Below are positions 13,839 through 27,200 of a stretch of DNA of 64,000 nt, in pieces. Position numbers and translations under genes: made by a program. The notes under the pieces were generated by a model, which was not told the DNA's origin, did no database searches, and saw only the letters and a program-made list of their open reading frames with translations. This DNA comes from Trichoplax adhaerens (lineage: Eukaryota; Animalia; Placozoa): NCBI RefSeq assembly GCF_000150275.1, contig NW_002060945.1:7939112-8003111 (forward strand). Direction: 5' to 3'. Each line of letters begins with the position of its first letter. Position 1 is the first letter of the stretch.

Positions 13839-15467
13839 AGGAATCGGATTGTAACATGGTAAATGAGTTACAACTGGCCACATTTAACGGAATAATATCC
13901 GTTGAAAAATTAGATACCTGTGCGAAATTAGGAAAACTATATTTACGCGCATTATACCCTGTACATTGTACAATTTCTATACAATTACTCAAAAATTAAA
14001 GAAATAATTTGCTGATATAGCAATTATGAAAGGAAGAATTACAATGGATGATTCAGAACAGAAAGAAGGATGCAATTTTGTAGAGAATAAACTTCTGTAC
14101 CAGATAGGAATCGTCTCAAAGGAAGTGAAACGGATGCTGGATTAGATCTTTATTTCTAATGATTGCTAATAATTTAGTAAACTAGAATCACAAAACTAGT
14201 AACTGTTATACATTTGGCTTAATTTATATTTTCGTTGCTATGCTGTGATATCAAGTTATTTAAGATAAATACTCTATTATGTGATTCATATATTAATGTT
14301 TCGGCCACTCCTAAGATCGATTTTATACTTAAGACTCCGCTGTGATCAGTCTTAGATACGGTCGTAACGTATATATTAAACGAATAATTGTACATTACGA
14401 AACATCAAAGAAAATATTAGATTAGTCTTAGCTAATTTTCAAAACAGTTTTAAATTTGGTCTAATCCTTTTTCATCACCTATTTACTCATTCGAGATGTC
14501 ACATCTGTAATTAAATCATTTGTCTCAAAAATAAAAATTTTATATTATCTCTCTATATATACAGTTCACTCTAATGCAACAGAATCTTATTTAAATAAGC
14601 CTCAGTGAAATTAGCCAGCGTTTTAAATGAATTAATTTAAGCTCTACTTTTATCCGCGATTCCATTGCCCACTTTTTATGATGGCTTCAAGAAATGTTAC
14701 TTCCTTTTTCCTATCAATTGAAAGGCATGGTCTTATTGACTAGAATATTCTGGAGCTGAAGGTATATGAATTAGAATGAAAGAACGGATGATAATGCTTC
14801 CTTTAGAAATAATCACTGCCGATTATAATAATATTTGTGTGGTTCAAAATGATAAAGTGTGACAACAGATGTATATAACATATATATATATATAAGTATG
14901 AAGCTGTTTAGATCTTAAGTATTACATTTAGTCAATTGTACCTGATTTGAAAAATGGACAGTCATGCTGCCGAAATAAGAAAGAGAGTAACTTTCAATAT
15001 TTACAAAGTCAGCTTATTCTAGGCGTTAGATTATAAGATAACAATTAATAGATAATAGGTTAAATAAAATATACAATAGACGCAACAAAATTCAATTTCA
15101 TATTGATTGAAGAGATCTTTGATTAGTTAGTTAAGTAATTAACGGAAGCTTCAACCAGATGAATTGAAAGATTTGTTTTCAGTTTGCTTTTAGATTGACT
15201 TTTAATGGGAAAAGCAAGAAAGCAAATTAGTTGATCTCAAAATTATTCATAAAAAGTATCTGTGATTTCACTGTAATCTTGAAAACTGATAGTAACTAGT
15301 TGCCATAGATGTACTGATGATTTCATATATCATTATTATTTTTGTTCTTTCATCCAATTTGGAGGAAGATCTTGCATAATTTTTATTGGTTACAGCTTCA
15401 ATTAGCTTTGTTACGATATTAAAGGAAGACAGATGCTCTTATTAGAAGAAAGTTTACAGATAAAAAG

Positions 15468-15670
15468 GAAAGCAAGTCGCTGTCATTTACAGAGAAGACA
15501 TTTTATACCCTTAAAAAGGAAAATAAGTCTCTATCATTTACAAAGAAAATATATTGTACATCGTTCCAAATAGAAAGCAAGTCTGTCCTTTACAGAAAAG
15601 ATATTGTACACCCTTAAAAACAGAAAGTAAGTCTGCATCATTTACAAAGAAGGCATTGTACACCTTTAAG
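15468..15670. repeat. Degenerate minisatellite, ~4 x 52-53 bp
   Basis: Recurrent gaaag(c/t)aagtc...catttacaaagaa...attgtacacccttaaaaa units. Confidence 0.8.
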
Positions 15671-17136
15671 GCAAACACTTATTATTTACCGACTTTACCT
15701 GTTACTGAGGTCTTTAATTGCGTATTAATAACTTTATTTCGCTTATAGCTGTATAATGATTGAAATTGATAAAGTAATTTTCTTCAAATTCTTTTAGGGA
15801 ATATCTTTTTCTATTTGCAAGTTACTATTTACTAATACTGTATCGCGATACTGTTATTTTAAGTGAATATCGAAATTTACAATAAAAGTATCGTATGTGA
15901 AATAATTCAATAAAATCAAAGTCAGTGTTTTTGAACGGATGGGTATTAATACGGAAGAATAGTTTTTGAAATGTTTTTAAGGATGGAAATATATCAATAA
16001 GATGGGATCATGGTCAATCAATCAGTTATGAAGGAAACAGAAATAAAACAGTGTATAGGAAAGCCAATTATCTACTTTAAGGGGTGCGAGTGTTTATGGA
16101 AGGATCATTCATCATCTTTCTTGATTTCAAATCATTAGATATTGGAATGGATTCCTCAATTTTAATTTTTTCGAAAAATTTATTACTTTAGTAACGCAGA
16201 AAAATATTTGTTTGAAATATCGTTAAGAAAAATGAGCAATAATGAACATTGAGCTTTATTACCGCTGCTAAGAGCTTAATTAAATATCTGCACGTTCGGC
16301 TATTGTGGAAGAAAGTAGAATATTTACGGAAGCTGTGCCTATGATAATACTCGTATATGATATAAGCATAGAGTGGCTAAGTTCAGATTGGTCCATTTAC
16401 TATTATTTTAGCAAACATGGATCATAATACTTTCGTCTTGAATTCAAATGGGTTCACTTAGTCTATTTTTGATAATAGCCTTTTTATTCCCTTTTAAAGA
16501 CATTGTGCACGTGCATCATGATATAAAACATTGTGACAAGTTCTTAACCTACAATCTTATGCCCTGCATTATATAAGATACTATAGTATAGGACTAGCTC
16601 ACTGTCCGCTTAACTAAAGTGCAATAGTGCCTTGGTACTGTAATAGCTTGCCTCATTTGTGTTCGTTTGATAGTAAACTGTTTCTTTAGTTATACGGTAC
16701 GTATAGAAAGGAAATATATTGTGAAGTGTTGGATTTATCCGGGCTATAATCTAAGCAAGTAAAAAATAACAGCTACAGAAATTTCCTAATATCTTATTAA
16801 TGTGTATGAATAAATACCGGCTGAGCTATTGTTAGTTTTCAATTACATGTGGCACTGCTTTGGTAACGCTTTAAATTTCTTTCTGTGCGCATATTGAATA
16901 CGACGATATTTATTTAAAAATGCCAATGCACGTGGTAAACTAATATTTTATTGGTATTCTAGTGCAACTTTGATGCTTTGACGTTATCCTGTTGCCAAGG
17001 TAATTGAACTTTGGGAACAATAAAGACGTGAAAGCGAGTGATCAAAGGTATCTGCTATTATAACTTGATAAAGTGTCTTCTCAAAAATAAAACAAGAACT
17101 GCAGTTTTTTGGAAACTTCACTTTATTACATAAGCT

Positions 17137-17325
17137 TGGTTCGTCTAACTACTACTAAGGACTATCTCTGGAACATCTAAATCATTACAGCAGTACTCAT
17201 GATTTATATACAATTAGTTACAATTAGGTTCGTTTAATTACCACCAAGGGACTGTCTTTAGACTATTTCTGGAATATCTAAATTATTACAGAAATATTCA
17301 TGATTTACATATACAATTAGTTACG
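17137..17325. repeat. Degenerate tandem duplication, 2 x ~90-100 bp
   Basis: ggttcgt.taa.tac.ac.aagg...ctggaa.atctaaat.attacag...catgattta...atacaattagttac occurs twice. Confidence 0.75.
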
Positions 17326-18770
17326 GATGATTTTCCTTCGATGCGATCCTACCTTGCCAATTAAGTCACAAGATCATATCTAAATTTGCTATCGCACTAT
17401 CAATTCATGATTCACACTTCTAATTAGAGCATCGCAAAACAAATTTCATTAACATACATCAGCGCAATCTATTTATGTCTCGGCATCTTTGTAGAAACAT
17501 CTCAATAAACTTACTACTATACGTAGTGCAACCTACTTCTGCAAATTGACACTATACAATCTCTCAGTCCCACATACAATTTATCTATTTTAGTATAATC
17601 TGAATCTTAGATATATTGGGGCTGTACTACACACATAAACAAGTAATATTTCTGATAATTCATCCTTTTCCAATCTGTTATGAGGATTTACTACTGTATG
17701 ATTGCAGTAGTTGGAAGTTCATGATACTGATTATTCTCGTGTTAGTACAGATTTGAATTCATCATTACTCACGGGAATAAAATAATTTACAAAATTAATT
17801 AAAAGATATTTAACTCGTTTAAAGTTCGTAGTCTCTTTAAAGTTACTGGTACTGCATACAGGCGCTACGGATTTTAGGCCATTAGTGAATTAATTTAAGA
17901 CGTACAACCAAGTAGCATGGGATAAATGATAGTGATTGCCCCTATTTTGTTATAAAATTTTGATACACTACCCTTATAAGTCATTAACTTATACCCGTAT
18001 ATTTCAGTTTTGGACTGCTAGCTCTAGTGGGCTGAATATAGAACATTTAAACTTACTTATAGCATCATAAGTAGTTATAAATGTACATACAGTGTAAGTG
18101 ATAAAATACCTAAGGGCAATTTTCTTAATTGCAATGAGTATATCTGCAATTATTATTGGGCATCCACTAGACGCCTATTTGATTATGATTTCTTGCTCAT
18201 ATTATATTTTTTACGATATGCAGTACGTATATACGTTACGTATGTGCCATTATAATTAAATGTCAACGGTTTACGATGAATGAACCAAATAGAATTATCG
18301 TTTTATATTCGCTTCAAAATATTCCGTCAGTTTTAACTGTTTCATCAAGCACTCTTTTGGTAGCTGTAAGTGTTTGCTGTAACGTTTCTTTCTCGCGGAA
18401 GAGTATGTTATGCATTGTCATTCAATGATACATATTTTTTATTCATCTCAAACCCATGAACAGTTTTGTGAGAAGCCGGCTATAGACAAATGTATTACAA
18501 GCGACGATGTGTTAACAGAGAAAGACTTTGAGTAACTTAGAATAATATCCTATACCTAATTCTACATTTATGTTTCTCTTAAGGTATACGTAAATGGATA
18601 ATAAGAATGAGAAATCAAAATATGAATTGCGACTATTCATTGAATAGGCTCATGTCAATATACGCATAGAAGACATCTAATTTATTAGTTTGTTTATCAT
18701 AGCGATATGCCAGCTGATGTCATGCAACAATACAAAGCATTCTCGACAAACGCCGCTTAAAATACAGAAA

Positions 18771-21713
18771 TTACATCTCAAATCCTTCTTCACCTTCGAG
18801 TGAAGACTCTGTGCCGACCTCTTCGTAATCCTTTTCTAAAGCGGCAAGATCTTCCCGAGCTTCAGAAAATTCACCTTCTTCCATACCTTCACCGACATAC
18901 CAATGAACAAAAGCTCTTTTGGCATACATTAAGTCGAACTTATGATCTAGTCGAGACCAAGCTTCAGCAATAGCGGTCGAATTCGATAACATGCAGACAG
19001 CTCGGTTAACTTTAGCGAGGTCTCCTCCAGGAACAACAGTTGGAGGTTGTTTATTAATACCGACTTTAAAACCGGTTGGACACCAATCAACGAACTGTAT
19101 AGTGCGTTTGGTTTTCAAAGCAGCTATAGCAGCATTTACGTCCTTGGGTACTATATCACCACGATAGAGCATACAACAAGCCATATACTTGCCATGTCGA
19201 GGGTCACATTTAACCAACTGGTTACCAGGATCGAAACATGCTGATGAAATTTCGCTAACAGTCAGTTGTTCATGATATGCCTTTTCAGCAGAAACAATCG
19301 GTGCATATGTTGCCAATGGGAAATGAATGCGTGGGTATGGAACAAGATTGGTCTGGAATTCATTCAGATCGACATTAAGTGCTCCATCAAAGCGTAAAGA
19401 AGCAGTAATTGACGACACAATTTGGCTCATTAATCGATTTAAGTTGGTATACGATGGCCTTTCAATATCCAATTTTCTATGGCAAATGTCATATATTGCC
19501 TCATTATCGAATAAGAAGCAACAATCCGTGTGTTCTAAAGTGGTATGAGTGGTTAAGATAGCATTATAGGGTTCTACCACGGCCGTTGCTACTTGAGGAG
19601 CTGGATACACAGCAAACTGTAATTTTGATTTTTTGCCGTAATCAACCGATAATCTCTCTAGCAGTAAAGATGAAAAGCCGGAACCAGTACCTCCACCGAA
19701 GGAGTGGAACACCAAAAAGCCTTGCAAACTATGACATTGGTCGGCCTAATAATACGAAATTGAAATTAAAAAAATTGTAAATAACTATTAATTATTGAAG
19801 TTTAGTGGAGGTAGTTGTCTCATGAAGCATGCTTAATGATTAGGATTCATCTACTATGCAGAGTAAAATCATTTAAAAAGCAAAAAAACTTTATACGAAT
19901 CTCAATAGCATTGAATTCTTATACTAGTTTATACTGTTTCACCTCAATACTGTACTTACCACTTTTCGTAATCGATCGAGAACAAGTTCAATCAACTCTT
20001 TTCCTACGGTGTAATGCCCACGAGCATAGTTATTAGCGGCATCCTCTTTGCCATGAATTAACGTTTCAGGATGATATAAACGGTGATATTTTCCACCCTT
20101 GATTTCATCTATAGTATATAGAAGGAGTAATAATGCGAAAAAGTTAGGATAGATATCTTTCCCTTCGAAGCTTCGTACTAGATTGCTAAAGTGAGTGAAA
20201 ATTTGGTCATAGAAGTGTAGTATGCAAGGGTCTAAATCCATCGCTTAGAGGCTGCGAAAAAATTCTCTATTGCAACATGTCAGACACTAGAAACTCAAAT
20301 CCTATTTGTAATATACGCTATAAGATATCTATTTTGTTTTAAGGTGCGAACGTTTAAAAGCTATGAAGCAGGACATTCAACCGATTGGTTAATGAGCAGA
20401 CTAACACTAAGACTGCATTGCTTCACCATTGCGTTACTTCATATAAAAACCATGCAGTACTACAGCACATAAAAAGTAAGTACGAGTATATTCAATAATT
20501 TTGTAAACGTACCTATAACAGTAGGCTCCAAGTCGATAAATAACGCTCTTGGGATGTATTTGCCGTTACCAGTTTCACTGAAGAAAGTGCTGAAAGATTC
20601 ACCTTGGTCAGGTGCCGAGTCTTCGCTGATATGGCCATCCGGGTGTATACCGTGTTCGAGACAGTATAATTCCCAACAAGCGTTACCAATTTGTACGCCG
20701 GCTTGTCCAACCAAAATTGAAATTACTTCACGCTATTGAAATTAATTTTTAGCTATTTTAGCATAATTATAATCATTTGTTCGCTGATCGTACGAATAGC
20801 TACTTAATAAAAAGTTGGAAAAGCTGCGAAACTGTGTGGCAGTTACCGTATTGGGTATGCACTTAGCAGCTAAAGTATGGTAGAACATAAGTAGTTTGAA
20901 GAATACTGTAATTTTATTTTCCTTTCTATTGCATCAATTGCGCCTAATATTATTTGCAATCAATGCTATCCGTAGTCCATTTAACGAATGGAAATATGAT
21001 CAGGAAAAGTATGGTAGAACATAGTTTGAAAAATACTGTAATTTTATTTTCCTTTCTATTGCATCAATTGCGCCTAATATTATTTGCAATCAATGCTATC
21101 CGTAGTCCATTTAACGAATGGAAAAATGATCAGGAAAAATAAAATAGCAAAACACTATCTCAGCTACTGGACTATATCTACTCTATCAGATGGACACCAT
21201 CCGTTTTTTTTAATGTGGCTGGGTCGGATAACTTGTATGATGTATAAGAAAATTACCGTTAAAATTCATAAGTAGAGTATGGTGAATTGGTGATCTAATG
21301 AACTCTACTACGCAAATCGTAAGTCAAGCACGTGTAGTGAATGCAACGGTTCGATCCTTTCCAACATTTGAACATGGATAAAGGAAAGTAAAAACGAGTC
21401 CTACATAGAAACTAGCCAATACCCATACTCTATATTGCTAGACGGAAAATAACAAGTAGAAAATCGATTTAACTACCAGGCATTGGGTTGGACTAATGGC
21501 AATGGAAGGGTCTATCACGTCGATTGTTCGCGCCATACCATACTGAAGACGTATATTGCGATCATTAAAAACTAGTAGAGTTAACGGGAATTGAGTATTT
21601 CAACGAGCTGAACATTATGATCGTATCGTATAAAACGATGAGAAATTCCATTTCAAAGCGCATATTGTCGTCAAACAAATTTACCACTATCTAAATGGTC
21701 GTCTACTTACCAT
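18771..21713 (-). CDS. TUBA: Divergent alpha-tubulin, 4 exons (21713-21711, 20732-20513, 20108-19960, 19745-18771)
   Basis: ATG|GTAAGT micro-exon; [24 protein letters not shown]; [12 protein letters not shown]; GGGTGSG; [17 protein letters not shown]; all three introns GT-AG and frame-preserving; ends EGEEGFEM*. Confidence 0.95.
20872..21139. repeat. Near-perfect tandem duplication, 2 x ~134 bp, inside tubulin intron 1
   Basis: aaagtatggtagaacata...gcatcaattgcgcctaatattatttgcaatcaatgctatccgtagtccatttaacgaatggaaa...atgatcaggaaaa is repeated. Confidence 0.9.
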
Positions 21714-22392
21714 TTTGCTCTTGATGAAGGAAGAAAATTGCAGTCTATAACACGATTCCGGTAAGCAACGGCACGGGTGATCGCGCTAAAACTTATAACC
21801 CAAGAGTCGTTAACTTGAGCTATATATATGCATGTATCTGCTGGCCTAGTATTCAATCCAACACCGTGGATTTTAATTGGCTAGTAATGGTGGTAAAACA
21901 GAAGGTTCAAATAGCAAGACGGTTTGACCAGATGGCAAAGTACGGTATTTGAATATTTATGGAAGTGACTAAATCGCTCAGCAGCCGCTCCTGTAGCAAT
22001 AATAGAGCAAGGAGGATTAATGAGTATACAAATACTGAACTCGCACGTATGTTGTTGGATTTGTACTGTAGATGCTCCCACTTTTAGCTCATTCAGGCTG
22101 ATTGAGTGTTGACTGTTACTGCACTACTAGGATGGAAATTTTGGATATTGATACATAAAATCTATTTGATTTACAGTATCGCAATTGCTTCAATACTTTT
22201 CTTTTCGTCACTTTGGTACCAACTGTAGATCAGTAATATCTAGCCCGTTGCATGCTGCAACGGGAATCGGCAGATGATTCACGATGAGAAAATGAGAATA
22301 TGGGTACATGCCCTAACTGAGCGCTTACGCCTCTGCTTAAGTACAGTATAATGACTAAATGTGTGACCTGATTAACTTTTTACCCTTAATTA

Positions 22393-23192
22393 TATTGGCC
22401 TTTTATTTATTGATTGATGAATATTATAACCCCCAATATACAGTACTACAGTCCAGCACATACGGTAAATGATGTAATCCCTCATCCTGTTGTCCTTTCC
22501 GGTTTGCAAAATATGATCCTATTGGCCTTTTATTGATTGATTGATGAATATTATAACCCCCAATATATACTGTATCACAAAATGGTCATTGATCATTTTC
22601 AATTTTCCAAATTTTCGACGTTAACTTTTGTTATTCGTAAATGGCTGTACTGAAGTGAATGATGACTAACATCGTCCAACTTGGTTTTACCAAGTTGCTG
22701 AAGTGGAAAATTCTTAGTCAATTTGTATTGTACACTCTGTAGGAAAATCCAAAAGTAGTACGCTGTTTCATAAACTTCTAACAGAGTACTACAGTACAGC
22801 ACATACTGTAAATGATGTAATCCCTCATCCTGTTGTCCTTTCCGGTTTGCAAAATATGATCTTATTGGCCTTTTATTGATTGATTGATGAATATTATAAC
22901 CCCCAATATATACTGTATCACAAAATGGTCATTGATCATTTTCAATTTTCCAAATTTTTCGACGTTAACTTTTGTTATTCGTAAATGGCTTGAAGTGAAT
23001 GACGACTAACATCGTCCAACTTGGTGAAGTGGAAAATCTTTCGTAAATTTGTATTGTGCACTCTTGCACTACAGCATAATGTTAGCAATGTGAAAAAGCG
23101 ACAAGTTTTGCAAACATTTCCATCTTCACTACGGGCAAATAGTACCTACTGTAAATGATGTAATCCCTCATCGTGATGTCCTTTCCGGTTTA
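22393..23192. repeat. Tandem repeat, ~343-bp period, ~2.3 copies, in the tubulin/DLEC1 divergent intergenic region
   Basis: gtaaatgatgtaatccctcatc..tgtcctttccggttt at ~22466, ~22808 and ~23151; long identical stretches between copies 1 and 2. Confidence 0.9.
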
Positions 23193-23321
23193 CACCGTTC
23201 TCATACTGTTCCTTACAAAATACTGTATGCTTTCCCTTTCTAACTGCACGCTATAAAATCGCACACTACGAATCCCTTACCCAAACTGACTGTACTTTAC
23301 TGTATAATAAGATTACTATTC

Positions 23322-23714
23322 CAGGGGCGTGGCGAGCCCTCGAAAATGGTTGAAAGATGTTCAGCTAGAGTGTTGCCTTCAATTCGGTCTTCAATTTTGA
23401 AGAAATAGACTTTCAATTTAGCTCCATTTCCATGCACACAGGTCAGTACGACCTTGACCAATGGACTCTTCATATTTTGATCACTTTATATCGTAGTATT
23501 GAATAATTCTATTTCTTTCACGTTTCGAATACAAGCGATCAGTCGCTGCTAGATGTACATTTCAGTAGATTTTTGGGGCAAATTACTGCTCGATTTGGCA
23601 ATGCTAATTTTAAATTTGTGCGCGGGGATAATTTATGGACACCCTGCACAGTGTACAGTCCATGATGTACACTCCAAACTACTGTATTTTACAAGTCTCA
23701 TCGTAATATCGGTC
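23322..23714 (+). mobile_element. Dispersed repeat copy 1, possibly a non-autonomous DNA-transposon fragment
   Basis: Starts CAGGGGCGTGGCGAGCCCTC.AAAATGGTTGAAAGATGTTCAGCTA and is collinear with 61205-61467. No matching right-hand inverted repeat seen. Confidence 0.55.
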
Positions 23715-23804
23715 GATAGACGAACTGCGCAAGACTGATACGATATAGTTCTTGATGAGAGTACTGTCCGGCTGCAAGTCTGTACCGTTTACAGTATGTT
23801 GGCA

Positions 23805-23818
23805 GTTGCTATGGAGAT
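23805..23818 (+). promoter_or_regulatory. RFX X-box-like motif upstream of DLEC1
   Basis: GTTGCTATGGAGAT resembles the imperfect palindrome GTTGCCATGG(C/A)AAC. It lies ~440 bp before the ATG and just before a probable 5'UTR exon (donor ACA|GTAAGT ~23904). Confidence 0.6.
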
Positions 23819-24254
23819 CGAGCAATATAGGTCCCAAGTATTGAATTGATCATCAAACCGGATGATCAATTTATTGCACTGTACTTATCTTCTGCATTAA
23901 ACAGTAAGTGGTACCTTATACCAATTCCACACAGCCTATATTGTTGTCGGTACAACTAATTCTATCCATGTTGATGTGCAGTAGAGTACTATCATACACA
24001 GCAGAGAGTAATAGTAATATCAAACGCTTGAATGTACAGTAGTATATTTAAATTGATACTGCTAAAACATACCGTTATTTCAAGACTAAAATCGAGTTGC
24101 CAATCCAAGGCTGCTACAAACTGATAGCGTAGATATTAGTCTTTTAATTGCTAATGTGTTATGGTTTATACATTGGACATTGCAATTATTCATTTCTTTT
24201 TACTGTGAACATACCTAAAGAACAAATTTTATAACTTTAAAAAAAGTTGTAATT

Positions 24255-27200
24255 ATGTTTCATTCCACGGAATCAGTAAAATCCGCAGATATCCAACATG
24301 AGCCTACGATGTTGCTTCAAAGGCCTTCTTCGGCCAGAAGACAAAATGTAGCACATATTCTTACATCTATGTTTGGTGAGTATTTCGTCCGAGATACGAT
24401 TCCTCAAGATGTGGTAAAATACTTGACGACATCTCGAAGTGGAGACGATCCATATCATGATTACTACGTAGAGGAATTAAGCAAGGTAATGCTATTTTTA
24501 TATTACATACATTGATACTAAGTAGCTGTGGATGTGATTGATCTGCTGTAATAGAGTTTAATGAAATAGATACCATAACATACTAGTACACGGCTTTTAT
24601 CACAGATACAAGCTATGCTATTAAAATCGTTATGATCGATCATTTTCTAGATTCAAGATGAACGAGAAAAGCGATTAGCTGCGGCAAGCAGTGTAGAAAA
24701 TCATTTACTACAAGCCAAAGGAGCAGCTACACTAGCCGATGAAAAGCGTCTAGCAAATTTAACGGAAGAATGCCAAACATATAATCAGATTGGTCTCCCT
24801 TCTTGTATGTTCACTATTATAAAGTTAAAATTAACAAATTCTTCAAGTACTTAGATACGTTAAAGAACGACAAAAGTTCAATGTAATTTTCATGCGTATT
24901 ATTCTTAATTAAAATTAGTTGAGTCAAAATTCAAGTCATTACTGAACAGTGAACTTTTAAAGAAGCACCATTTAATAGCACCAGAAGATTATTCAACTGC
25001 CGAAGCAGCTAAGGTAGAACCTCCTACGGCACCCAAAATACCAGGATATGCGCAAGCAACCAGGGCTTATTTGGGTCAAACTAAATCGGCTGAAAGTTCA
25101 AATCGAAATAGACCTGAATCTGCTCCATCAAGTAGAGCGACTGCCATGGTAACGTAAATTAAATTACGCGACACGTTATATCACATTGAATTAGCCTTGC
25201 TTGATCTCATACATGAGTATATCGAGATTTTCGTGCATTATTCAGCCAGACTGCATTACAGTCTGTACTAATATTATTCATAATTACTTTATATTCTATA
25301 GGAGGAACAAAGCTTATTCAATCATAAGAAGTTAACGACTACATCCCCTTTATGGAAAGAGGGCATGGAAATATTAGATCGGGAAAATCATAAGTTCTAT
25401 TTGAGTTCAATGCATAAAAGAGTCGATCATTTAAAAAATCCACGTCATATTCCGCCAGTTGAAGGGAGATTTCACCAACAATCCAACATTGAATTTGCCT
25501 CAAGACCAACTGGCAATAGTCTATATTCGTTAACTAATCAAACTGAGATATTTGTAGCGGAACCGAATCCTATTGTTTTTGGCAATTACAATCCCGGTAA
25601 AGCATATAAGATGAGGGTGCAAATTAAAAATGTTACCTCTGCTAGTCGACACATACGTATGATTCCTCCATCAACGTCTTATTTTGCGTCATCCCTTGGA
25701 CAATTTCCCAGCGAAAATAGCTTTATTGCCCCTGGCTTAGCATGCCAAGTAGAAATTACCTTTACTCCAGATTCGCTAGCTGATTATGATGATGAAATTA
25801 TCGTTAAATCGCAGAATGGATTAGTGCTAGCTATTCCTCTGCAAGGCAGGCGTCCACCTCCGGTACTTTCGTTGACAGCAACACTAGATTGTGGCCATTG
25901 CTTGGTAAATGGTGAGAAAGTTACGACATTCAAATGTAGCAATTCAGGTGGTCCAGGTCGATTTTGCATCATGCCAGAATCATCATGGCCGGTTAAACAG
26001 TTTGATAATTTTAAGAAACCTACTAAATTGGATATGGCTCCATTTCAGTTGGAGCCTAATTATTTCGAGCTAAATCATGGCGAATCAATTACTATTACTG
26101 TCAAATTCGTACCGGAAGATGTTGATATTTATACTCGTAATATTATTGCGATTTGTGATAACTGTCATGTTAAGACTTTTACGTTGAAAGGTGTTTGTCA
26201 GACTGCTGGGGTTGAGTTTGTATCGGTCTCTGAAGGCTTACTAGATCCATTAGCTTTAGAAATGTACGATATTTCTGCTCAGCAACATATAAGTTTCGAT
26301 ACTATTCATCCTGGGATGTTATGTGAGAGAAAATTAATTGTACATAATACAACAAGAGTTGATTTACCATATCGCTGGGAATTTTTTAAATCAATTCTGT
26401 GCAAGCCTGGAGCTAACAATGGCCACCAAGATCGCTTCGAGCGCTATCGAGTGCCTAACAATCAAAAGGCCTTTAGTGTTGAACCATCAGTTGGTATTTT
26501 TCCACCTTTTGCTAAAGCCGAATTCGTACTTACTTATACGCCACAACACGTAGGTAAATTTGATCAAGTATTACATTTGATTCTTGAAGAATACGAGGAG
26601 AATCAATCAGTTGCCGATTATGATGAAGTAGTGCATGATATTATACCTGGATTGGAAATAGAATTACGTGCAAATTGTATGGCATTCCAAGTAGAGCTAA
26701 CGCCGTCAGTAATAATTATCAGCGATCAATTGCTCATTGGATCATCATGGCATAAGACTGTCCAGATAATTAACAACGGCTTCCATCCTATAGAGTATGA
26801 GTGGAAAAATCAATCTAATGACAATTATTCTATTAATATCTCACCTTATAAAGATAATATTCCATCCGGTCAAGTTAGAGAACTAACGGTTGAAGTTTGT
26901 GGTTACTTTCCTGGAAAAATTGAGGCATTAATCCATTGCCATATTGAGCATGTTGAGACGCCAGTGTATCTACATATCCAAGCTCAAGTTCAAGGTCCAC
27001 AACTTAATATCGACATCCCAGATTTAAATTACGGTCTGGTTAGACTAGGAGAGTCCGTAGAAAAAGAGATCCCTATCTATAATACCACTGATGCGATCTC
27101 TAAATGGGAGATTTTTGAATGTCAGGGGGAAAGTCAAAATAACAATGTAGCAACTAATGATCTATTGGAATTCACATTTAGCCCATCCAATGGCGAATTG

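Noticed and set aside
19047-19780. Plus-strand ORFs overlapping the tubulin (and similar antisense or alternate-frame ORFs over DLEC1, the integrin and the other tubulins)
   Set aside because: Shadows of real coding exons.
20954-21275. Two ORFs with identical N-termini ([13 protein letters not shown])
   Set aside because: Artefact of the 134-bp intronic tandem duplication, with non-ATG starts.
21330-21365. tRNA or SINE suggested by B-box-like GGTTCGATCC
   Set aside because: No T-arm or acceptor stem pairing and no A-box at the proper distance.
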